Of a stretch of DNA of 64,000 bases, positions 1 to 9,525 are shown one piece after another. Every line of letters starts with the position of its first letter. The stretch's first letter is position 1. The translations under genes were made by a program, and so were the position numbers. The DNA is from Eledone cirrhosa (lineage: Eukaryota), in contig OZ024740.1 of assembly GCA_964016885.1 (NCBI GenBank), positions 29,574,001-29,638,000 on the forward strand. The letters run 5' to 3'. Below the pieces are notes generated by a model. It was not told where the DNA came from. It did no database searches and saw only the letters and a program-made list of their open reading frames with translations.

Positions 1-72
1 ATACAATATATTAACAAATGGAAACTATATTTATAAAACCATATTTATTTCATTATACATATTTCAAGGACA

Positions 73-78
<6 letters not shown>
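1..78 (+). repeat. Diverged direct copy of 607-683
   Basis: acaaatggaaactatatttataaaaccatatttattt matches acaaatggaagctatatttataaaaccatatttattt on the other side of the TA tract. Confidence 0.8.
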
Positions 79-139
<61 letters not shown>

Positions 140-149
140 TATATATATG

Positions 150-186
<37 letters not shown>

Positions 187-449
187 GTATATATGTATAT
201 ATATATATATATGTATGTATATATTTATATATGTATATATATATATGTGTATATATATATATGTATATATATGTATATATATATGTATATATATATATGT
301 ATATATATATGTATATATATATATGTGTATATATATATATATGTATATATATATGTATATATATATATGTATATATATATGTATATATATATATATGTAT
401 ATATATATATGTATATATATATGTATATATATATATGTATATATATATG

Positions 450-481
<32 letters not shown>

Positions 482-493
482 TGTATATATATG

Positions 494-556
<63 letters not shown>

Positions 557-563
557 GTATATA

Positions 564-607
<44 letters not shown>
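75..607. repeat. (TA)n/(TATG) microsatellite
   Basis: Direct reading of the sequence. The YIYI ORFs here are artefacts. Confidence 0.95.
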
Positions 608-609
<2 letters not shown>

Positions 610-2354
610 CGATATTAAACAAATGGAAGCTATATTTATAAAACCATATTTATTTCGTTATATATATTTCTGGGATATCATATTAAAAATATGGTATGCC
701 TTCCTCAGACAAAATACAATACATAAGCTGTTTTATAAATAATTATTGACATACCTTATAATAATGCAACTTCCATTTATAAAGTTGATTTGGCAGTGAA
801 ACTGTTATGACAGTTATATAGAAAGAAAAACGAAGATGAGAAGAAGAAGATGAAGAGATGTATGTAAATAAAAAAAAGAAGAAGATGAAGAGATGTATGT
901 AAAGAAAAACAACAGAGCAAGATAGAGAGACAAGGAGATATGGGAGAGAGAAATACATTGAGGAAGTGAAAAAATATAGTAGGCAGCTTTTGGACAGATG
1001 ATCATCGTATATGTGAGAGGTTAAGGAGGGAAGGGATACAGTTAAACTAGCCGACACATAAATCACGTCCAGTGTATAGGAGAAAAAGAAAGAAAGATGA
1101 CATATTTAAAATATATTAAAAATATATTATGTCTCATCCATTTGAATTATCAATTTTTATGAATTAGGTATTATAATGTAAATATCAGTATTCATGAATG
1201 AGACACATATCCATAATGTGTGAAAAAAATGACCACATGCTTAGTTTAAAAATTCTTAGGTCTATAAGCAAAATCTGAGATAAAACTTCAAACATAAGTA
1301 TATATGCATTCTCGTGAAAAAAGAAAAAGAGAAAAGAGAAGCTTATCTCAAATTCAAGTTGATAAATATAGACACACATGTGAACCTACGTGATATGCTC
1401 CACAGATTCTTATATTTCATGAAAAACTTCATTGCGTTACAAAAGATTCCATCCTACATACATTTACATACATATATACATATATATAGACATAAAATAT
1501 ATAAGATATACATTAACATTTAAAATAACATTCCAGCCTCACTTGCATGATTATCGATCAAGCATAGAGTAGACAACAGATATCAATATTAAAAATTAAA
1601 AACGCCAAGAATATCTTCGTCACTCCACAGAGTATCTAGGGACGCAAGAGAACATAGTATGCCACGCATATCGGTCACATAAAATCAGAATCAAAAGCAA
1701 ACAAAACCAAAATTGTTCACCAAGCCTTATTTACCAGAAATCATTCAAAACTTATTCTACAAATGCTCTTATATTTATTATAGAAGTTTATCCAGCTTAA
1801 AAATTTATTCAAAAGATTGGGAACAACGCCAATTTTAGGGTAGTTTATTTAATCTCATTAATTATATATTCATACAGAAAGGTTTTAAAAAAATTGAAGG
1901 AATCGAAAGATTTATCGCCAAGTTTCATAAATATCCTTAACCTCTCACATATACGATGATCATCTGTCCAAAAGCTGCCTACTATATTTTTTCACTTCCT
2001 CAATGTATTTCTCTCTCCCATATCTCCTTGTCTCTCTATCTCGCTCTGTTGTTTTTTCTTTACATACATCTCTTCATCTTCTTCTTTTTTTTATTTACAT
2101 ACATCTCTTCATCTTCTTCTTCTCATCTTCGTTTTTCTTTCTATATAACTGTCATAACAGTTTCACTACCAAATCAACTTTTTAAATGGAAGTTGCATTA
2201 TTATAAGGTATGTCAATAATTATTTATAAAACAGCTTATGTATTGTATTTTGTCTGAGGAAGGCATACCATATTTTTAATATGATATCCCAGAAATATAT
2301 ATAACGAAATAAATATGGTTTTATAAATATAGTTTCCATTTGTTTAATATCGTA
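608..2354. repeat. ~420-bp near-perfect inverted repeat (arms 608-1027 and 1934-2354)
   Basis: tacgatattaaacaaatgg...atgtgagaggttaagga is the reverse complement of tccttaacctctcacat...tgtttaatatcgta. The ORF track gives mirror peptides on both strands. Confidence 0.95.
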
Positions 2355-2432
2355 AACCTACTCCAGAAACTGCCGCTCTTTCAAACCAGTTCATGTACAC
2401 AGCTAAGTATTCTATAAGTCTCTAGCTGTGTC

Positions 2433-2521
2433 ATTCTCGATAAAAGCACTGGATATGTGGTCCTGAAGATTTCTAATAAGAATGAAACGCGTAGATTACT
2501 TCCCTTGCTTTTATCGAGAAT
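2433..2521 (+). ncRNA. Type I hammerhead ribozyme, family A copy 1 (core intact)
   Basis: GUGGUC-CUGAAGA(2463-2469)-U-UUCU-AAUA-AGAA-U-GAAA-CGCG-UA^GAUUAC. Stem I is extended by a perfect 16-bp helix, 2433-2448/2506-2521. Confidence 0.8.
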
Positions 2522-2742
2522 CTAATTGTAATACGTGACGTATTCTATTCTATAGCGATTAGGTCTTCAAAATGTTTATTATAAACATACAGAATATTTT
2601 CGAATATTCTATGTCTATATTCACATATATATCGCTATTTCAGAGCATTTATTCCAATTTCTAATTTCTGCCGGACCGGCAACCGCTCTTTCAAACCAGT
2701 TCATATACACAGCTAAGTATTCTATAAGTCTCTAGCTGTGTC

Positions 2743-2831
2743 ATTCTCGATAAAAGCACTGGATATGTGGTCCTGAAGATTTCTAATAAGAATGAAACGC
2801 GTAGATTACTTCCCTTGCTTTTATCGAGAAT
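2743..2831 (+). ncRNA. Type I hammerhead ribozyme, family A copy 2 (core intact)
   Basis: Identical to 2433-2521, shifted by 310 bp. Confidence 0.8.
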
Positions 2832-2959
2832 CTAATTGTAATACGTGACGTATTCTATTCTATAGCGATTAGGTCTTCAAAATGTTTATTATAAACATAC
2901 AGAATATTTTCGAATATTCTATGTCTATATTCACATATATATCGCTATTTCAGAGCATT

Positions 2960-2963
<4 letters not shown>

Positions 2964-3009
<46 letters not shown>

Positions 3010-3060
3010 GTATATATATATATTTATATATATACCTATATATAGGTATATATATATATA
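2964..3060. repeat. (TA)n tract between the two convergent hammerhead-bearing elements
   Basis: Direct reading of the sequence. Confidence 0.9.
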
Positions 3061-3185
3061 AACGGAAAAGATGAAACGAAATTTCATTTCTCACTCTTAG
3101 TACGGCTGTTAAATATAAGTATGTATACGTACATACATATATGTATACAGACGTACAGTAGTATGTATATATATATACATACATT

Positions 3186-3238
<53 letters not shown>

Positions 3239-3356
3239 GCATGGATTCACCGAGCATTTATTATAATGCTCGGTGTGTTTGTAAACAAACATCCCGAATT
3301 AAGCCGTACAGTGTCTAGCAACCATCGTTGCTTATTTGTTCAACACTGACAAAGGA

Positions 3357-3392
3357 ACGCTGTACTAGTTTCAAGCTTATTAGCAGCAACGT
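3357..3392 (-). pseudogene. Hammerhead family B copy with core deletion
   Basis: Lacks 7 nt (tatcgtc on +) relative to 3821-3863, removing most of the CUGACGA box. Confidence 0.7.
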
Positions 3393-3643
3393 ATACCTTC
3401 CTGCCAGATGGTTGAACGTCTGAAAGTATATACTTTCCTTATGCATATTAACGGTTGAGCAGCCTAATTTGCATATCGAGTGAGTTAATAGGCCGGCGTC
3501 CCGAAAACGAAAAACGGAAAAAATGAAACGAAATTTCATTTCTCACTCTTAGTACAGCTGTTACTTAAATATAAGTATGTATACGTACATACATATATGT
3601 ATACAGACGTACAGTAGGATGTATATATAGATATACATACATG

Positions 3644-3702
<59 letters not shown>

Positions 3703-3801
3703 GTATGGATTCCCTGAACAATTATTATAATGCTCGGTGTGTTTGTAAACAAACATCCCGAATTAAGCCGTACAGTGTCTAGCAACCATCGTTGCTCATT
3801 T

Positions 3802-3888
3802 GTTCAACATTGACAAAGGAACGCTGTACTAGTTTCAAGCTTATTAGCTATCGTCAGCAACGTATACCTTCCTGCCAGATGGTTGAAC
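3802..3888 (-). ncRNA. Type I hammerhead ribozyme, family B (core intact)
   Basis: Minus strand reads ACGUUG-CUGACGA-U-AGCU-AAUA-AGCU-U-GAAA-CUAG-UA^CAGCGU. Stem I is extended by AAGG/CCUU and GUUCAAC/GUUGAAC. Confidence 0.8.
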
Positions 3889-4086
3889 GTCTGAAAAATA
3901 TATACTTTCCTTATGCATATTAACGGCTGAGCAGCCTAATTTGCATATCGAGTGAGTTAATCGGCTGGGGTACCGAAAACAATAAACGCAAAAAATGAAA
4001 CGAAATTTCATTTCTCACTCTTAGTCGTTAATATACATAAGGAAAGTATATACTTTCAGACGTTCAACCATCTGGCAGGAAGGTAT

Positions 4087-4129
4087 ACGTTGCTGACGAT
4101 AGCTAATAAGCTTCTAACTAGTACAGCGT
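4087..4129 (+). pseudogene. Hammerhead family B inverted copy with mutated GAAA box
   Basis: ctgacgatagctaataagcttCTAActagtacagcg; the GAAA box reads CTAA. Confidence 0.7.
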
Positions 4130-4513
4130 TCCTTAGTCAGTGTTGTACAAATGAGCAACGATGGTTGCTAGACACTGTACGGCTTAATTCGGGATGTTTT
4201 TTTACAGACACACCGAGTATTATAATAAATGTTCGATGAATCCATACGTACATATATATATATGTGTGCATGTATGTATATATATATACATACTACTATA
4301 CGTTTGTATACATATATGTATGTACGTATACATACTTTTATATAATATATGAGATCAAAAGTTGGTTAAAAGAGTTTAAAGTATTTTATTATGCGAATTT
4401 CAAAAACAAATATCGTCATGAAATGATATCTGCGTTTTCATCAGATAAAATAGGGATACATGATATGAAGGTTAAAAAACACTTGTGACTAGTAAAGTTT
4501 TAAATCAACATAT

Positions 4514-4552
<39 letters not shown>

Positions 4553-4636
4553 CGAAGGAAATAATGACTCAATACATTGGTATTGGTTTTGTTTGATTGT
4601 TTATATTTTTCTAGCTTCTCTCCTTCATTTTTGCAC

Positions 4637-4728
4637 ACTACTACTACCACTACTATTACTACCACTACTTCTACCAATACTACTAACACTACTATTACTA
4701 CTACTAGTACTACTACCACTACTACTAA

Positions 4729-4760
<32 letters not shown>

Positions 4761-5157
4761 ACACTACTACCACCACTACTACTACTACCACCACTACTAC
4801 TACCACCACTACTACTACTACCAATACTTTTAATACTACTACTACTACTACTAACACTACTACTACTACCACTACTACTAACACTACCAATGCTACTAAC
4901 ACTAATACTACTACTACAACTACCACTACTACTACCTCTACTACTAATACTACCACTACTACTACCACTACTACTACCACTACTACTACTACTACCACTA
5001 CTACTACCACTACTAGTAATACTACCAATACTACTAACACTACTACTACTACTACCTCTACAACTACTACTACTACCAATACTACTACTACTACTACTAT
5101 TACTACTACTACTACACTACTACTACCACTACACTACTACTACCAATACTACTACCT

Positions 5158-5193
<36 letters not shown>

Positions 5194-5463
5194 TTATTAC
5201 TACTACCACTACAACTACTACTACTACCAATACTACTACCATTACTACTACTTCTACTAGTACTACTACCACTACTACTACAACTGCTACTACCACTACT
5301 ACTACCATTACTACTACTATTACCACCAATACTACCACCACTACTACCACCACCACTACTACTACTGCTACTAGAACCACCACCACTACTAATACTGCTA
5401 CTACTACTACTACGACTACTACTACTACTACCACCACTACTACCACCCCACTACTACTACTGC

Positions 5464-5499
<36 letters not shown>

Positions 5500-5510
5500 T
5501 ACCAATATTA

Positions 5511-5549
<39 letters not shown>

Positions 5550-6048
5550 GTACTACTATACCACTACTATTACTACTACTACTACTACTACTACTACTAC
5601 CACTACTACTACCACTACTACTACTACTACTACCACTACTACTACTACTACCAATACTACTACCACTACTACCAATACTACTACTACTACTACTACTACC
5701 ACCAATACTACCACTACTACTACTACTAGTACTACCACTACTTCTACATTACTATTACTATTACCACCACTACTACTACCACCACTACTCCCACCACCAC
5801 TACTACTATTGCTACTACTACTACTACCACCACTGCTACTACTACTACTACTACTATCACTACTACTACTTCTACCACTACAACTACTACCACTACTGCT
5901 ATTACGACCACTACTACTACCACTACTATTACTACTACTACCACCACTACTACTACTTTACCACTACTATTACTACTACCAATACTGCTACCACTACTAC
6001 TTCTACTACTGCTACTACTACTACTACTACTACTACCACTACTACTAT

Positions 6049-6081
<33 letters not shown>

Positions 6082-6403
6082 CATTACTACTACTACTACT
6101 ATTACTACCACCACCACTACTACTACCACTACTACTACCACTACTACTACTACCACTCTACTACTATTACCACCACTACTAGCACCACCACTACTACTAC
6201 TGCTACTACTACTAATACTACTACTACTACCACTACTACTACTTTTACCACTACTACTACTACTACCACTGCTGCTATTACGACCACTACTACTACCACA
6301 ACTACTACTATTACCACCACTACTACTACTACTACCACTACTACTACTATCACCACTACTACTACCACTACAACTACTATTACCACCACCACCACTACTA
6401 CTA

Positions 6404-6473
<70 letters not shown>
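4637..6473. repeat. Compound (ACT)n/(ACC)n trinucleotide microsatellite, ~1.8 kb
   Basis: Direct reading. The poly-T/L/Y/V ORFs are artefacts. Confidence 0.95.
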
Positions 6474-6474
<1 letters not shown>

Positions 6475-6487
6475 TCTTATATATATG

Positions 6488-7292
6488 CTCGGGAGGACTT
6501 TCCGGCTATGGATAACTTCCAGAGGTCTCTGGCCTGGCAGTGCTGCCGAGGAGCTCTACCAGTTCGAGACAAAATCTTCAGACATGGACGCCCTGGCAGA
6601 GATCTTGCCAAAAGGACCTGTCCAAGATGCGAGCAGGACACTGAAATCGTTCTGTACGCAATTGTTAAATGCCCAGGTGTGACCGACCTGTGGAATTATG
6701 TCGAACAGCTACTGTCACGTGTGGGACGCATCCAGTTGTCAGCCGAGTCCATCATGAGGATCACCCCGCCGCCTTCATTTAAGAACGAAGGAGCGGCGGT
6801 TTTCCTCTGTCTGGTTGCTATGGCGAAAGAGGTAATATGGTGGACGAGGTTAAAAGGGCTGAGGACAAACACCTTCCTCTCCGGACAACAACTTATACCC
6901 TTCTTTAAGTACCACTTCTGAAGGAAGGTGAGAGTGGAGAGAGAGGTGCTACACCTCAGTAAATTCGCTGAAAGGTGGGTGAATGTGGCGAAAATGGCCC
7001 AAGTGAATGGGCCTTCTCTGTATATAAACCTGTAGGTTGAGGAAGATAAACACATGGAAGACAGGAACACCTACTAAACGTGTTCCTGGTGTTGAGGGTT
7101 GTTCTATCCACGGGTGTAAAACAACCCTGCAGTAACGTGTGTGCCCCCCCCCCCTATTGGGGACTTCAATTGTTATTTTATTATATATAGTTTATTGTTA
7201 TTTATTAATGTTAAAGTTATTTTTATGTAAAACCCCCGCCGTCACCTCTTGTAATGTCCCACTTGTGTACGCCCCTGTGGCAAATAAAAAAA
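6488..7292 (+). mobile_element. Tx1/L1-clade LINE copy 1, 5'-truncated (ORF2 C-terminus plus 3' UTR)
   Basis: MDNFQRSLAWQC...CPRC...KEVIWWTRLKGLR is homologous to the intact ORF2. Premature TGA at 6919, native stop at 7035. Ends gtggcaaataaaaaaa, then (TATC)n. Confidence 0.9.
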
Positions 7293-7341
7293 TATATCTA
7301 TCTACCTCTCTCTCTATCAACCTATCTATCTATCTCTCTCC

Positions 7342-7377
<36 letters not shown>

Positions 7378-7611
7378 CTCTCATCTAGCTGTCGTCTGTT
7401 CTACAGTGTGGATGTCATTCACTTCGCACAGAAGTTTTGTTCAAATTTATTGAGGAAATTTTGTGAGTTCAAACTTAATTTTGATACAATTGTGTAGCTT
7501 GACCCTCCGTCTGAACTGTCAGGCGGTGGGTCAGCTCATCTTTACCCCTCCTAGAGGTGAAAAACCTGTTTTAAAAAATTTTGTGTAAAAAATTTCAATC
7601 GTCTAACAGAA

Positions 7612-9492
7612 ATGTTAAACGCAGCGAACGAAAATAGTGGTGGGGGGACAGCGGTAAGAGTTGTAAGCTCGCACGCTTTAGTCCTCCCTTCCTTCCCAAC
7701 TAACGTCATAGAGAAGGAAGGAAAAATGAAAATAAAAACGGACGAATCTGCGGAGGAAAAAAAATTAAATGACGAAAACAACGAAAAAAAAAAATTTGAA
7801 AAATTGCATGACAATACTAATAACACAAACAAAGACACAACAAACAAAAAAATAACAGTTGAAAATAACATAATATCAGAAAACAAAGCAGACGACAAGA
7901 TTTCTTTTGCACAGAAAACAAAGAAATCTTTGACTTATATAGCGGAAAACATTTCAGATGTGGTACGAAGGATCACGGACGCAAAACAATACATAAGTGA
8001 AGGTGAGAATGGTATTTTATTGGTAAAAATGCCTCAAGAATTCACGAAAGACATTGAAAGCCGAACGGTCAAGTTTCGGACCATCAACAACAGTACAAAA
8101 AAACCTGAACAGCCTTCTCAAGCAGATATCAAAACAGTACTCGCAGAAGTACTGAATGAAACAACTTTCATAAGAAAAGACAGACTGTATGGAAGCCTAG
8201 CAATTATCATGAAGAACGAATCGGCGGCAAAAAAATGTGCTTTGTCACCGATTCGTTCGAAAAATTTCACCTTTTATCCATCTTATATGGGGAAAAAAAC
8301 TCAACGCATATGGCTGGATGCAATGATGCCAGATGTGGACTACTGCTGGCTCATAGCTGGCTTCATCGATCCAGTGAATGACAACGTGATTTCCATTGGG
8401 AAAACCACAGGCAATGCGTTCAGTGGAACAGGTATAGAGCTGGTAGTACAAATGAAGCCTGAACGCATCGCCCAAATACCCGACAGAATCCTATTAGAGG
8501 ACCACGGGTATATAAACATTAGCGTGGAGGGGAGAAGGCCGTCCTGCCATATCTGTGCAGGCAGAGGGCACCTGAAGGCCGCTTGTCCCCAACTCAACAA
8601 AAAGAAAACCCTGCTACCAACACCAGCTCCACCACCACCACCACAACAGATAAACAAACAACAAAACTCAGTCCCACCCAACCCGTCCCTCAGTAACACC
8701 ACAACACCACCACAACACAAACAGTCACAACACATTACCCCAAAACAAAATACAGGCCCACCCAACCTCTCACTCAATAAAACAACACAACCACCGCAGA
8801 CACAACACACAACACAGTCTAACATAGTGACATCCATCTCCCCCACAAAGAAAACCAACACGGAAACATTACCAGCAAACATACCTCTTCCCTCCAACAC
8901 TGAAGATAACCCAACGAATTCGGAGGAAGAAACGGAGTCCTTCAGACAGATTAAAAGGAAAAAAAGAAAACATCTGCAAAACACACAAGGACAAACAACC
9001 CCCACCCAAATCGCAACACAATCTAACAAAACAGAAAACACCCCTCCAGCAACAAACAAAACCAAACCTGCCCCTCCCCTCTTCGAAACACTCACACCAT
9101 CGGAAAAAAAGACATTACACTATACTTACATCAACAGAAACAATAATAAATTAAATGAACTCATATACAATAATCCTTCGGTACAAACCGAAGGTGTAAA
9201 CTTTGTTTCATCAGAAAACCACCCACATTTAAAACTAATAAAAATCCCAATGAACCTCTACCAAAAACTAAAAAAGGATTTTAAGGAGGACGTAGGACCA
9301 CCCTCTGTCAAACCCATAAACCGCGTCCTACTAAAAAGCTTTCCCCCTCCCCTTCCCCTCCCCAACACAACTCCAAACACCCCAACCCCACCACACACCG
9401 ACGACCCCACACCACCACAAGACACCCCTTCACCCAACACCCCCGACCCCATGGAAGTCGTGCAACCCGAACCCCGGGAAGCGGAAAGGTAG
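7612..9492 (+). CDS. LINE ORF1 protein (626 aa) with a CCHC zinc knuckle and a Pro/Thr/Gln-rich tail
   Basis: CHICAGRGHLKAAC (Cx2Cx4Hx4C) at 8545-8586; lies directly upstream of ORF2; homologous to the degenerate ORF1 at 16358-18282. Confidence 0.9.
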   Translation: MLNAANENSGGGTAVRVVSSHALVLPSFPTNVIEKEGKMKIKTDESAEEKKLNDENNEKKKFEKLHDNTNNTNKDTTNKKITVENNIISENKADDKISFAQKTKKSLTYIAENISDVVRRITDAKQYISEGENGILLVKMPQEFTKDIESRTVKFRTINNSTKKPEQPSQADIKTVLAEVLNETTFIRKDRLYGSLAIIMKNESAAKKCALSPIRSKNFTFYPSYMGKKTQRIWLDAMMPDVDYCWLIAGFIDPVNDNVISIGKTTGNAFSGTGIELVVQMKPERIAQIPDRILLEDHGYINISVEGRRPSCHICAGRGHLKAACPQLNKKKTLLPTPAPPPPPQQINKQQNSVPPNPSLSNTTTPPQHKQSQHITPKQNTGPPNLSLNKTTQPPQTQHTTQSNIVTSISPTKKTNTETLPANIPLPSNTEDNPTNSEEETESFRQIKRKKRKHLQNTQGQTTPTQIATQSNKTENTPPATNKTKPAPPLFETLTPSEKKTLHYTYINRNNNKLNELIYNNPSVQTEGVNFVSSENHPHLKLIKIPMNLYQKLKKDFKEDVGPPSVKPINRVLLKSFPPPLPLPNTTPNTPTPPHTDDPTPPQDTPSPNTPDPMEVVQPEPREAER

Positions 9493-9525
9493 GTCTCTAC
9501 ACTCTCCTTTGGCTCTGCCGCCCAC

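Larger units (their letters stand above)
608..2963 (+). mobile_element. Degenerate Penelope-like retroelement relic (family A) with inverted upstream segment and tandem hammerhead-bearing repeats
   Basis: Inverted arm plus a 310-bp-period tandem repeat carrying type I hammerheads. 1524-1550 translates to NNIPASLA*, resembling the NNIPFxLAR motif of the Penelope RT thumb region (weak). Confidence 0.55.
2373..2963 (+). repeat. Tandem direct repeat, two near-identical ~281-bp copies (2373-2653, 2683-2963), period 310 bp
   Basis: ccgctctttcaaaccagt...cagagcatttatt occurs twice. Confidence 0.95.
3061..4337 (-). mobile_element. Penelope-like pLTR / retrozyme-like relic (family B): ~2.1 tandem units of ~450-470 bp (3061-4025) plus inverted partial copy (4026-4337)
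   Basis: Unit starts at 3061, 3513 and ~3985 (atgaaacgaaatttcatttctcactcttagt). 4026-4337 is the reverse complement of ~3573-3925. Both full units and the inverted copy carry a hammerhead motif. Confidence 0.6.

Noticed and set aside
608-2354. MITE or DNA transposon with 420-bp TIRs
   Set aside because: No TSD or transposase is seen, and the right arm runs straight into hammerhead-bearing repeats, which fits a Penelope-like inverted segment better. Not fully excluded.
3248-3275. 11-bp hairpin caccgagcatt/aatgctcggtg
   Set aside because: One arm is degraded in the sister copies (~3712-3739, ~4211-4237), so there is no evidence of conserved function.
53-6473. Long YIYI, poly-T, poly-L and poly-V ORFs, including a mucin-like fusion to LINE sequence (5809-6921)
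   Set aside because: Translations of (TA)n and (ACT)n microsatellites. The fusion is chance read-through into a truncated LINE.
8340-9095. Antisense ORF (251 aa) within ORF1
   Set aside because: Expected opposite a C/A-rich coding strand, and it has no recognisable motifs.
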